Below, one piece after another: positions 46,474 to 55,115 of a stretch of DNA of 64,000 nucleotides (the first letter of the stretch is position 1; every line of letters begins with the position of its first letter). A program made the translations under genes and the position numbers. Source of the stretch: Cyanophora paradoxa CCMP329 (lineage: Eukaryota > Plantae > Glaucophyta); assembly GCA_004431415.1 (NCBI GenBank), contig QPMI01000199.1:62001-126000 (forward strand). Direction: 5' to 3'. The notes under the pieces are model-generated. The model saw only the letters and a program-made list of their open reading frames with translations, made no database searches and was not told the origin of the DNA.

Positions 46474-46516
46474 CTTTTACTTATCAGGAATTTTATAAAT
46501 CCATATAGTAAAAGCC

Positions 46517-46768
46517 ATGAGCTTCAATTACCCACCCAATCTAGAAACAATTCAAGATGATAATGCAAGCAGCACCAAGCATGTGAACTTTGATAATATT
46601 AAAGTAAAGGGTTCAGTTTCGATTGAACACAGTTCCGATAATTCATCCAAGACTCAATCAAGGGAGCATGCTTTATCTGTGAATCAAACTGATCCAAATA
46701 AAGAGGATGTCAGTGTTGCTTTTAGTTTGGGTAATGTGAAAGCAAACCAAGTGGCAGAGATCAAAGCC
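46517..46768 (+). pseudogene. 5' stub of giant fibre gene of B, truncated
   Basis: MSFNYP...KHVNFDNI...FSLGNVK...VAEIKA matches A gene at 13848; homology stops at 46768. Confidence 0.85.
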
Positions 46769-47270
46769 AGCTCGCATGCAGGTGAACCCCACTAATTCCC
46801 GCCGACCTATTTCAGTGAGCAAATATAAAACATCCTTTATTCTCAGTCACAAATTAATAAAATCGCTGTAATTCGCACTGAGCCACACTGTCTTTTATAA
46901 ACCTCTCATGCATCCTTACTGAAACCAATCACGAAAACCTAAATTTCATCTTCTCTCCGATCTCTTACCATTCTCAGTAAGCCCTAAACCCGTCCTCCGA
47001 TCTCTCAGTAAGGCACAGTAAGACCCCATTATTACGAAATGTTCCCGATCGTTGCCGGACTGTTTTCAGTAATCCAAAAAGAAAACACAGGTGAACCCCA
47101 CCGAGAGAGTACGATGATAAGTACGAGATCGATTGAGTTCGCAAGTTTGTGCTGCCGAAAATGCCCACCTGCACAAACTTGCGCACCCCATCGACAAAGT
47201 ACGATGATCGACGAAGTACGACGATAGACCACGATTAATTGCAACTGGAACCACTCGCGCCCCGCCCACT
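46769..47270. repeat. Probable left terminal repeat region of C
   Basis: CAGGTGAACCCCAC x2, TCTCAGTAAG words (also at 413), AGTACGA x4, 13-bp hairpin 47140-47183. Confidence 0.6.
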
Positions 47271-47306
47271 ATGCAAGATACATGCCTTTCTTATGCATGA
47301 TCTATG
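47271..47306. repeat. 36-bp hairpin identical to 7528-7563
   Basis: Exact match, downstream of the 87-aa gene. Confidence 0.9.
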
Positions 47307-47328
47307 TAAAAACAATTATTCCAATGCC

Positions 47329-47592
47329 TCATTCCTCTGCAACTGTATTATACTCGATTGCTCTTTTCACAGTTCCCCTTTGGAATGCCTGTAATACAAT
47401 CGCTTCTTTTGTGGTTGGTATCTGAACTCCACCTGAGATGCAAGATTGAATCTCTTTCTGAACAATCTCATCAATTGCAATTCTTGCTCTGTTGTGGGCA
47501 GCATTATCAATCCAGTCTTGAACAGATAAAGCGCAATATTCCATTCCCAATTTTTCAGTATCTGAGAGAATGACTTGGTAGATATTCGACAT
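47329..47592 (-). CDS. 87-aa phage-like fibre-associated protein
   Basis: Paralog of 7638-7901. Confidence 0.7.
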   Translation of the reverse strand: MSNIYQVILSDTEKLGMEYCALSVQDWIDNAAHNRARIAIDEIVQKEIQSCISGGVQIPTTKEAIVLQAFQRGTVKRAIEYNTVAEE

Positions 47593-47614
47593 TCCTTAAT
47601 CTACTGCAAGAAAA

Positions 47615-48634
47615 TTAAATGATGCTAATCAATTCACCCGAAAAACCTGTTATACTTGAATATGAACCAGAAGAGCTTGTGACAAGTGTAACATATTCAT
47701 TTTGAGCAAGATTTAGAATGCAAGAGAAACACAATGCTTTATTGGTGTGTGTGCTGCTGTGGATTTGGGAAATGCTTAAACCCCCAGGATCTGCATCATT
47801 CACTTTTATAAATAATTCGATAGTAGCTGATGTGGTCGAAAAAGAGAACACTGAAAATCGATAATGTCCTGCAACAGGTGCTGTAAATCTTCCTGTTGAT
47901 GTGCTAAATGCATTGGTATTGTTTACCCGAACTGTTGCCCAGTTTATCAGAGCAGCAGCAGAAGTAGCAGTGTGAGCATATCCAAGTTGAACTGAAAATC
48001 GTGGGTGTGATGTTTTGAGATAGCATCCTTCATTTACTGTCAAACTATTGGCTTCAAGAGTAGCAACAGTGTTACTATTGCGTTTTAACAAAAAATTGAC
48101 ATCGGCTCCTGTATCAATTTCAGGAGAGACAACCTTAGTAGATGCTGTGATTATTGATTGTGTGTAGTTAGGAATACTTATACCAGCATTTGCTGTAACC
48201 AAACCTGTAAATGTGCTTGTTCCTGTAATGTTTACTTGATTTGCTGTAAGCGTTCCATCAATCATTGCCCCATCTCCAATATAAGCGCCTCCACTTTTTA
48301 CTACAAGAGCCGAGTTATTGATGGTGTTGTCAAAAGTAACAATCTTTGGTGTGGTGAACCCTCCCACATCATCATAAATTGCTGAATCTGATACAATCTG
48401 ACCTGATTGAACTTGGTTCTTGTTTGAAACTTTTAAACCTGTGGTTCTCACCCTCCCTCCATTTCGATCGCATCGAATTTCTTTACATCTTATCACAGAA
48501 TTTTGAGAGAATGAATCGGCTCCTGTTGTTTCTGTGCAAATAAACCCGGGGGTTGCATCTGTAACAGCATGGTTAAGTTGATGTATTTTTGGGGCGGCAT
48601 AACAGAAAACAGGGACAGCTATTTGAGTGGTCAT
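47615..48634 (-). CDS. Fibre protein, adaptor plus C1q-like tip
   Basis: KEIRCDRNGG adaptor; TGRFTAPVAGHYRF...FSGELI. Confidence 0.8.
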   Translation of the reverse strand: MTTQIAVPVFCYAAPKIHQLNHAVTDATPGFICTETTGADSFSQNSVIRCKEIRCDRNGGRVRTTGLKVSNKNQVQSGQIVSDSAIYDDVGGFTTPKIVTFDNTINNSALVVKSGGAYIGDGAMIDGTLTANQVNITGTSTFTGLVTANAGISIPNYTQSIITASTKVVSPEIDTGADVNFLLKRNSNTVATLEANSLTVNEGCYLKTSHPRFSVQLGYAHTATSAAALINWATVRVNNTNAFSTSTGRFTAPVAGHYRFSVFSFSTTSATIELFIKVNDADPGGLSISQIHSSTHTNKALCFSCILNLAQNEYVTLVTSSSGSYSSITGFSGELISII

Positions 48635-48637
48635 ACT

Positions 48638-49726
48638 TTACATTATGTGGATAATATTATGATGAATGGACAAGGATACATCCAAAAAGTATCTGATATT
48701 GTAGTTTACACCAGCATCTCCTGAATTGACCAGCCTGATCGAATCATTAGCTACAAGGTTCACAATAATATCAAAACCAACAGTTGCATTTCCTGTTGCA
48801 TTTTGAGAGTTAGAATTAATTCCGAATGTTGTCCCATTTTTAAGCAAAGAGGTCAAATAAGTATTGCTTTTAGCACTATTGTAACCAGACGCATGGAAAA
48901 ATACGAGGTAGTTTCCAGAAACAGGTGCAGTAAAACTCCCTGTTGCAGGATCGAAATTATTTCCATGGTTGACTATGACTCCTGTTGATGAGAACAAAGT
49001 TGTTCCACTTGCAGCGAAGTTTGTATCTTTTGAAGTATTGGGTTCCTGTTTTGTTGCAAAGAAACGAGGATGACTACTTAATTTTAGATACTTGTCTGTC
49101 GGAAGTGTAAGGAGCTGAACAGTTGTATTATCTGTTTGAGTTGTCTTTCCAAGAGAAAACACTGTATTTCCATTTCGTTTGTAGTTCACATTTGCATCTG
49201 TCCCATTATCTGTCTCAGGTGTGTTTATTCTTGTATTAGCTGTGATAGTTTGATACTGAAAGTTGCCTGAGAGACCACCATTAAAGTTCATCAATCCTGT
49301 GAATACACTTGTCCCACTCACATTTAATTGGTTTGCTGTAACAGTTCCTGCTACATTGGCTCCATCTCCAATGTAGGAACCTCCACTTCTGACTACAAGA
49401 GCGGAACTAGTGCTTGTGTTACCAAAAGTAACTATCTGTGCTGTGGTAAATCCACCTACATTATCGTATATTGCTGAATCGGGGACTACTTGACCCGCTT
49501 GAACCTGATTTTTATTCGAGATAATAATACCTGTGGTTCTTATCTTGCCCCCATTTCGATCACATCGAATTTCTTTGACTCTGAGTATGTTGTTCTCTGT
49601 GAAAGAGGTATTGCTTGTGGTTTCAGTGCAAATAAAACCGGGTGTTGAATCAAAGACTTCATGAGAGGTGCTATGTAGTGATTTCGCGGCGAGTTCATAG
49701 TTTGGGATCTCTAAAAGAGAGGTCAT
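48638..49726 (-). CDS. Fibre protein, adaptor plus C1q-like tip
   Basis: KEIRCDRNGG adaptor; NFDPATGSFTAPVSGNY. Confidence 0.8.
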   Translation of the reverse strand: MTSLLEIPNYELAAKSLHSTSHEVFDSTPGFICTETTSNTSFTENNILRVKEIRCDRNGGKIRTTGIIISNKNQVQAGQVVPDSAIYDNVGGFTTAQIVTFGNTSTSSALVVRSGGSYIGDGANVAGTVTANQLNVSGTSVFTGLMNFNGGLSGNFQYQTITANTRINTPETDNGTDANVNYKRNGNTVFSLGKTTQTDNTTVQLLTLPTDKYLKLSSHPRFFATKQEPNTSKDTNFAASGTTLFSSTGVIVNHGNNFDPATGSFTAPVSGNYLVFFHASGYNSAKSNTYLTSLLKNGTTFGINSNSQNATGNATVGFDIIVNLVANDSIRLVNSGDAGVNYNIRYFLDVSLSIHHNIIHIM

Positions 49727-49745
49727 CTTTATAATTACGAAATAG

Positions 49746-51308
49746 TTAAATTGCGACAGCAATGTAATGGATTGTTACAGTTTTGGCTGTATTGTCCATT
49801 GCATATGGATCAGTGAAAAGTTCACATGTGAAATAGTCACTGTAAACATTCAACAGGTTCACAGTAAATATGACTGGTGTTGTAGCGTTTGCTTGTCCTT
49901 CATGCCTTACTGTTGCTGTTACAACAGGAGGAGAAGTGAATGCACTGCTAAAATAGATGGTTAGATTGAACACATATAAATTATTGTAATTCAATACAGG
50001 AGTGGTGTAAGTATATTTTCCTGCTTTTATTTTCCCATTAAAATATGCATTAAGTTGACTGGTAAGATCTGCTTCTGTAATACATCTACTTATAGTCGAG
50101 CTATCTGTGGGGTTCATAGCATAAAAATTTCTTGCATAAGCATTTCCACGAACAAGTAAAGTTTGATCAAAGTAATTCTGTGAATTGTGGAAAAACCATG
50201 TTTCATCAAACATAGGTCCTGCTGGTTCTACTATCTGACCCGATCCTACATACATTGTGTTGTTGGCTCTAATTGTGGTTGCTGTGAAGGGATCAAGAGT
50301 TGGTCTATTGGTCAAATCATTGTAGTTGCCCGAGAAAATCGCTGGTTTGTTATAAATATCTGTATTCCAATCATGAGTGTGTGCAAAATCTGTAATCTCT
50401 GCCTTTGTGTGATTGTGAGCAAAATCTGTAATCTCTGCCTTAGTGTGGGTATGACCAACATATGCAACATTTCCAAGATCGGTAATCTGTGACTTTGTAT
50501 GAGTGTGTGCAAAATCTGTAATCTCAGATTTAAAATGGGTATGAGCAAAATTTGTAATATCCGCTCTGGTGTGGGTGTGTGCAAAATCGGTTATCTGTGA
50601 TTTGGTGTGAGTGTGTGCAAAATCTGTGATTTCTGCCTTTGTGTGGGTATGCGCTCTATTATTCAGATCGAGAAAACTACCCGAAAATGCAACAGGGTGT
50701 AGATTTGCTGCGGTGGGTTTATTAATGAGATCGTTGTAGTCTCCTGTAAATGAAACAGTTTTCAGTTCCCCCCTTCCTACATAATCCGAAGGGAGATCAA
50801 TTTTAATGGGCATTATAGCTGGATCATCTGGGATCACATACTCTCCACCTGTGTGAACCACAGGGTATCTTCGAATATACATATTGGATGCACCCATAAG
50901 AGGTGCCACAATGGGCACATCGGAGTTAACGAGATTGCAAGTGATGGAAAAAATCGTTTTGGGGGCAAACAGATTGCAATCAAAGGTCACAGTGGCGGGA
51001 TCGATAGAAGGATCGACATTTGAACAGATCTGAAACATCCACCCACCCACACAGTTGCAATTTAGATTTCGAAAGGCTGTCCCTGCCATTGCATCCACAT
51101 AGCCAATCCCATTTGCTATGTCATAGATGTGACCAAACTCGTAACCAAAAATGTCATTCCACAGATTGGAAGCCATAGCTCCCGTCACATACCCTTTCAA
51201 ATTTACAAGTAGGTCATTGGATTCACTGGGTATATTGCTATGGGTTATGTAAAATTGATTATTCAACACAGCATTCCTAATTGTCGTCTCTACTATGGGC
51301 TCCGTCAT
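49746..51308 (-). CDS. Fibre protein with HTHTKxxITDF repeats and lectin-like tip
   Basis: About eight HxH repeats; constant block NNTMYVGSGQI...WFFHNS shared with A; FSSAFTSPPVV...YIAV tip. Confidence 0.8.
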   Translation of the reverse strand: MTEPIVETTIRNAVLNNQFYITHSNIPSESNDLLVNLKGYVTGAMASNLWNDIFGYEFGHIYDIANGIGYVDAMAGTAFRNLNCNCVGGWMFQICSNVDPSIDPATVTFDCNLFAPKTIFSITCNLVNSDVPIVAPLMGASNMYIRRYPVVHTGGEYVIPDDPAIMPIKIDLPSDYVGRGELKTVSFTGDYNDLINKPTAANLHPVAFSGSFLDLNNRAHTHTKAEITDFAHTHTKSQITDFAHTHTRADITNFAHTHFKSEITDFAHTHTKSQITDLGNVAYVGHTHTKAEITDFAHNHTKAEITDFAHTHDWNTDIYNKPAIFSGNYNDLTNRPTLDPFTATTIRANNTMYVGSGQIVEPAGPMFDETWFFHNSQNYFDQTLLVRGNAYARNFYAMNPTDSSTISRCITEADLTSQLNAYFNGKIKAGKYTYTTPVLNYNNLYVFNLTIYFSSAFTSPPVVTATVRHEGQANATTPVIFTVNLLNVYSDYFTCELFTDPYAMDNTAKTVTIHYIAVAI

Positions 51309-51346
51309 TATATATCTATTATTGCATACTACAAAAATTAAGGTTG

Positions 51347-54300
51347 TTACATTACATTTGGAATATGTTCATATATTCTCCCTTCTCGCTGTGCCATTTC
51401 CGCCATAAAGTCTCTGTCATTATTCATCGTTTGCTCTGCCAATTCTTGTGCTCGTGATTTTTTGGGTGCTGCCCTACTTGCTGGTGGTCGGTCAGTCCTT
51501 ACAACACTAAGAGCGTTTCCATCTGCCGATCTCACCTCTAACCCCACATCTCCTTCGGCTGTTTGGGTCACATTCAGTTCAGGCGTTGAGTATTTATTTC
51601 CTGCACCTGCAATGGTTCTATCTAAGCAAGCACAACAAAGAGCTCGAAATTTGTATGCAAGCACAAGCCCAAGAGCACCGAGAATCGGCAAGAGAATCAT
51701 AAGCACTAACGTTCCTGGATTAGTTCCCGGTGCCCCGACTGGATTTGTAGGATTCGTGGGATTATTAGGTGGTGTGTTTGGATCTGGATTAGTTGTAGGG
51801 GGATCTTGTGAATCGGGATCTGGGTTAGGCTGGTTCGGATTTGGATCATTTGGTGGCGGCTCTGTCGACCCTGCTAATGATGTTGGCGCTGTGTATGCAT
51901 TCGCAAACACGATGGGAGCCGTCGCTGGATTTCCTGTGGAGGATCCTGAGATTGCACCATAGGTATCTGCGAGATACTTGTATAATTCCTGTGTCACAGG
52001 TGGATTGCTCACAGATCGACACACCCAAATATTGCATGTGGTATCATAGACTGTGTCCCTAATAAAGGGAGGTAGAGCCGTCCCACTGAATGACTCAAAG
52101 AATCCATTTCGCGATAGCAATCGATGCCCTGCATCACAATTTCCACCCTCAAAGTACTTCGAAGCCGAAATCGCACCTTGCACATAAATATTGCATGTCG
52201 AGTGCAATCCAATGTTATTAAGGTTAGGAGTGTATCTGTCATCGAGCCGGACAGTGCAAACCCATGGGGAAGCGGTTTTTATATATTTCTTATCGCCTGC
52301 TGTGATCACATCAGTGTTTGGGTGGCTTTCGATTTGGGTAGCAATAGACTCATATTTGTAAGAGTAATAAACTAAGAGACCATCTGTGGAGGATGTAAAA
52401 TAAAAGAAGTCTCTCATGAAGTCTGTGGATCCAAAGAAGTCAGCATTGGTCGATGTTAGGGTGACTTTGGGATAGCTCATGCTGACAGTCTCAGAAGGAT
52501 ATGGAATATAAGAGGTGTAATAGCGATTTAACAGATAATAGTAAAATCCATCTGAGACATTCGAATGAGTGGGCAAGGTGACTGTTAAGGTCTTACTGCG
52601 ATCCTCAAACGTTTTATGTATGACAATGTTGCAAGTATTAATGTATCGAGAATCGAAAAAGTAATTATTTGTAACTCGATTATCGATCAGAGTAGCATTG
52701 GTTCCATTAAATACGAAGTTCTGCCCATTGATCCTCGTAGTATGAATGTCGGTAACATCGAGAGGATACCTTATTTTTAATCGGTCTTCGGGGTCAAATC
52801 GCGGAATAGTTCCTGTTGCCTTCCAACTCACAGTGAAGGGAGGAGAAAGGGAAACTGCTGGGATAACAGAGAGATTAAATTTCGCAAAATTAAACCCAAT
52901 AGGATACCCTGATAAAGCATATGTCACTGTTGCATTTCCCACGAGCGTAAAGCCGGTGGTTGTTATGTTAGTCGCAACAAACGGGGAGTAGCCAGCTGGT
53001 GCATTTTGAAGAGAGGTAGATGAGCCATCATTGACCACATACAGATTCGGGTCTGTAATTTCAATGGTAGGAGGAGAGACAAATGGAGACTCAAATGTGA
53101 AATTAAAACTCGCTGGAACCCCTGCAAGATATCTATATGAGACCGATCCTATTTCGGATGCCTGGAATACTTTGCTTCCACTCCGCACTACATTACTTGT
53201 GTCTTTCACATTGTGGTATGATATGCTGGGAGTCGGGGAGAGCACCAACGAAATAGCATCTGGTAAATCAGACTTTGTTATATACAGCTCTTTAAGATAC
53301 TCCTTTCTAAAAGGCGCGGTCAGATCTCCAATAGTAGCCGATGAACCCGCGACTACAATATTACAGGTGTTTGCACTCAAAGAATAAACTGTGTTCCACC
53401 TTAAAGAGTTCGCGCCAAGATCGAAATTCTGTGAGAAGGGCACGATATTGCTACCTTGTAAATCTCGGTAAACCTTTACTCTGGGTTCGCTATCGAATTC
53501 AGGGGTGATATAATTGATGGTAAGAGTGAAACTTATAGTAGCTTCGGAAGTCAATAAGTTGTTTCGGATGATAAGTAAATTGTATGTCTCGTTAATGACA
53601 AACGAAACCTGAAACCCTGTGGAGGTGACATTGTGAATAAATGCTTTATTCGATTCATTATTGTTAGTGATAGGATTATAATAAGTAGTGTGATCCACCA
53701 ATGAAACAGTGGGTATAGTCGTCTCGAAACCTGTGACACCCAACTGATCCCAAGTGAATGTATATGTAGGTTTGCCTACATAAGCGACAAAGACCCCATT
53801 CGCGATCTGCTGAGGGTATCCCTCGACAGTGTAGGTCTCAGTTCGCGAAACTGATCGGGAAAGGTTACTATTAAAGTCAGTGTAGCTGATTAGTGCATTA
53901 TCACTGGTGAGAATCTGATTGGGTCGGAGTGAGTGATTAAATGGAAGGATTAAATTGGAGGCAAACATGGAAACTCCATGCAACTCTGACCATCTCAGAT
54001 TCGATAAACCAACTCGGTATGTGTTGTCAGTCGCGGGGTAAATGTTCCTTTTCGATAGAATATGGGCTAAGGTAATTGCAAGCGCTCCATCTGCTGCAAA
54101 CAGAGCATTAATTTCGGATTGCAAAGCCGCGATTTCAGTAGTGTGGGTCGTGAGGGTTCCATCCTGGCTTGAATCTTTTGTGTTCTTGTTCCTCTCAAAC
54201 TCCAAAAACGCCTTTACGATGTCCTTGCCTAAAAGATCGTTTATATTGTCTCTGGTAATGTAAACATGGTCTGTTCTCAGTGCCTGTTTCTCTGTGGTAA

Positions 54301-55072
54301 AAGCCGGAATTTCCTCTGCAAATGATATAGTCGTTTTATCAAGTGCTAAGGATCTCACATTCGGAGCATTGGCGCCAATTATATCCACAACGTTCCCGTT
54401 TTCGACAATTTCTAAGGTCGGTTTCGCGGGGTCTAATGTGAAAACGCTCTCTGTTATCTGGGGAACCGATTCGCTCTTCTGAATCACAAAGGATTCGATG
54501 TGTAGGTTACAGGTTGCGACATTGGTGGCGAAGAAAGACTCTGAATTAAATGAGTTTACGTTTAGGGTATCCGTAGTGATGTTACTTGCTGTAATATTGC
54601 TCGTCGTTAGATTACCTGCTGAGAGATCATGGACGACCTCTACCTTTGTTTTCCGTGTGGATACTCCCGCTATAAGTGTGCTATTATCCACGATTCTCAT
54701 AGCTGCATTTTGGAAACCGCTCTCATCTTGAATGAAGAAGTTTAAGCGACCTCTATCGAATGCTTTTGGGATGTTCCTACGATTATATCGCACCGTTTTC
54801 GGTAGCTGGCGGGTTGCCTGAATGCTGGCGACTCTGTTTCGTTCGTTATCATCAAGTAAAAAGTCGATTCCAAGTTTATGATCCCCCTTCTCGACGTTCA
54901 TTAGCTGCAAAGCTGCGGGTCTGCTCGGTGTCCCACTGACTGGATCTTCGCGGTCTGCATTGTAGTTTATTCTCAGAGACCCGCGAATTTCAGTGTTTAC
55001 CTGATCAGTGTCCTCTATCTGAGTGGTCGAATTAATAACTCGTGCATCTGGTCGCGGATTCAGGAACGACAT
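51347..55072 (-). CDS. Giant fibre-like protein (1241 aa) with C-terminal transmembrane helix
   Basis: N-terminus homologous to A 13848 gene (ATR...GRL.F..QDE.G); DLG...RW fibre motifs; lectin-like repeats; Pro/Asn stalk then LVLMILLPILGALGLVLAY. Confidence 0.8.
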   Translation of the reverse strand: MSFLNPRPDARVINSTTQIEDTDQVNTEIRGSLRINYNADREDPVSGTPSRPAALQLMNVEKGDHKLGIDFLLDDNERNRVASIQATRQLPKTVRYNRRNIPKAFDRGRLNFFIQDESGFQNAAMRIVDNSTLIAGVSTRKTKVEVVHDLSAGNLTTSNITASNITTDTLNVNSFNSESFFATNVATCNLHIESFVIQKSESVPQITESVFTLDPAKPTLEIVENGNVVDIIGANAPNVRSLALDKTTISFAEEIPAFTTEKQALRTDHVYITRDNINDLLGKDIVKAFLEFERNKNTKDSSQDGTLTTHTTEIAALQSEINALFAADGALAITLAHILSKRNIYPATDNTYRVGLSNLRWSELHGVSMFASNLILPFNHSLRPNQILTSDNALISYTDFNSNLSRSVSRTETYTVEGYPQQIANGVFVAYVGKPTYTFTWDQLGVTGFETTIPTVSLVDHTTYYNPITNNNESNKAFIHNVTSTGFQVSFVINETYNLLIIRNNLLTSEATISFTLTINYITPEFDSEPRVKVYRDLQGSNIVPFSQNFDLGANSLRWNTVYSLSANTCNIVVAGSSATIGDLTAPFRKEYLKELYITKSDLPDAISLVLSPTPSISYHNVKDTSNVVRSGSKVFQASEIGSVSYRYLAGVPASFNFTFESPFVSPPTIEITDPNLYVVNDGSSTSLQNAPAGYSPFVATNITTTGFTLVGNATVTYALSGYPIGFNFAKFNLSVIPAVSLSPPFTVSWKATGTIPRFDPEDRLKIRYPLDVTDIHTTRINGQNFVFNGTNATLIDNRVTNNYFFDSRYINTCNIVIHKTFEDRSKTLTVTLPTHSNVSDGFYYYLLNRYYTSYIPYPSETVSMSYPKVTLTSTNADFFGSTDFMRDFFYFTSSTDGLLVYYSYKYESIATQIESHPNTDVITAGDKKYIKTASPWVCTVRLDDRYTPNLNNIGLHSTCNIYVQGAISASKYFEGGNCDAGHRLLSRNGFFESFSGTALPPFIRDTVYDTTCNIWVCRSVSNPPVTQELYKYLADTYGAISGSSTGNPATAPIVFANAYTAPTSLAGSTEPPPNDPNPNQPNPDPDSQDPPTTNPDPNTPPNNPTNPTNPVGAPGTNPGTLVLMILLPILGALGLVLAYKFRALCCACLDRTIAGAGNKYSTPELNVTQTAEGDVGLEVRSADGNALSVVRTDRPPASRAAPKKSRAQELAEQTMNNDRDFMAEMAQREGRIYEHIPNVM

Positions 55073-55115
55073 CCTCTTTATAAACAAAGAAGATATATAA
55101 GAAGTATATAAGATA

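Larger units (their letters stand above)
18253..46768. mobile_element. Endogenous Polinton-like virus B (interrupted by Gypsy element; truncated by element C)
   Basis: Integrase, PolB, primase-helicase, ATPase, MCP, two mCPs, patatin; AGTCAAC iterons and AACTTTGTTACCAT occur across both Gypsy flanks. Left boundary tentative. Confidence 0.8.

Noticed and set aside
46776-47275. Stand-alone 490-bp insertion with ATGCA target duplication
   Set aside because: The flanks do not rejoin into one locus and the ends are not inverted repeats; a terminus of C is simpler.
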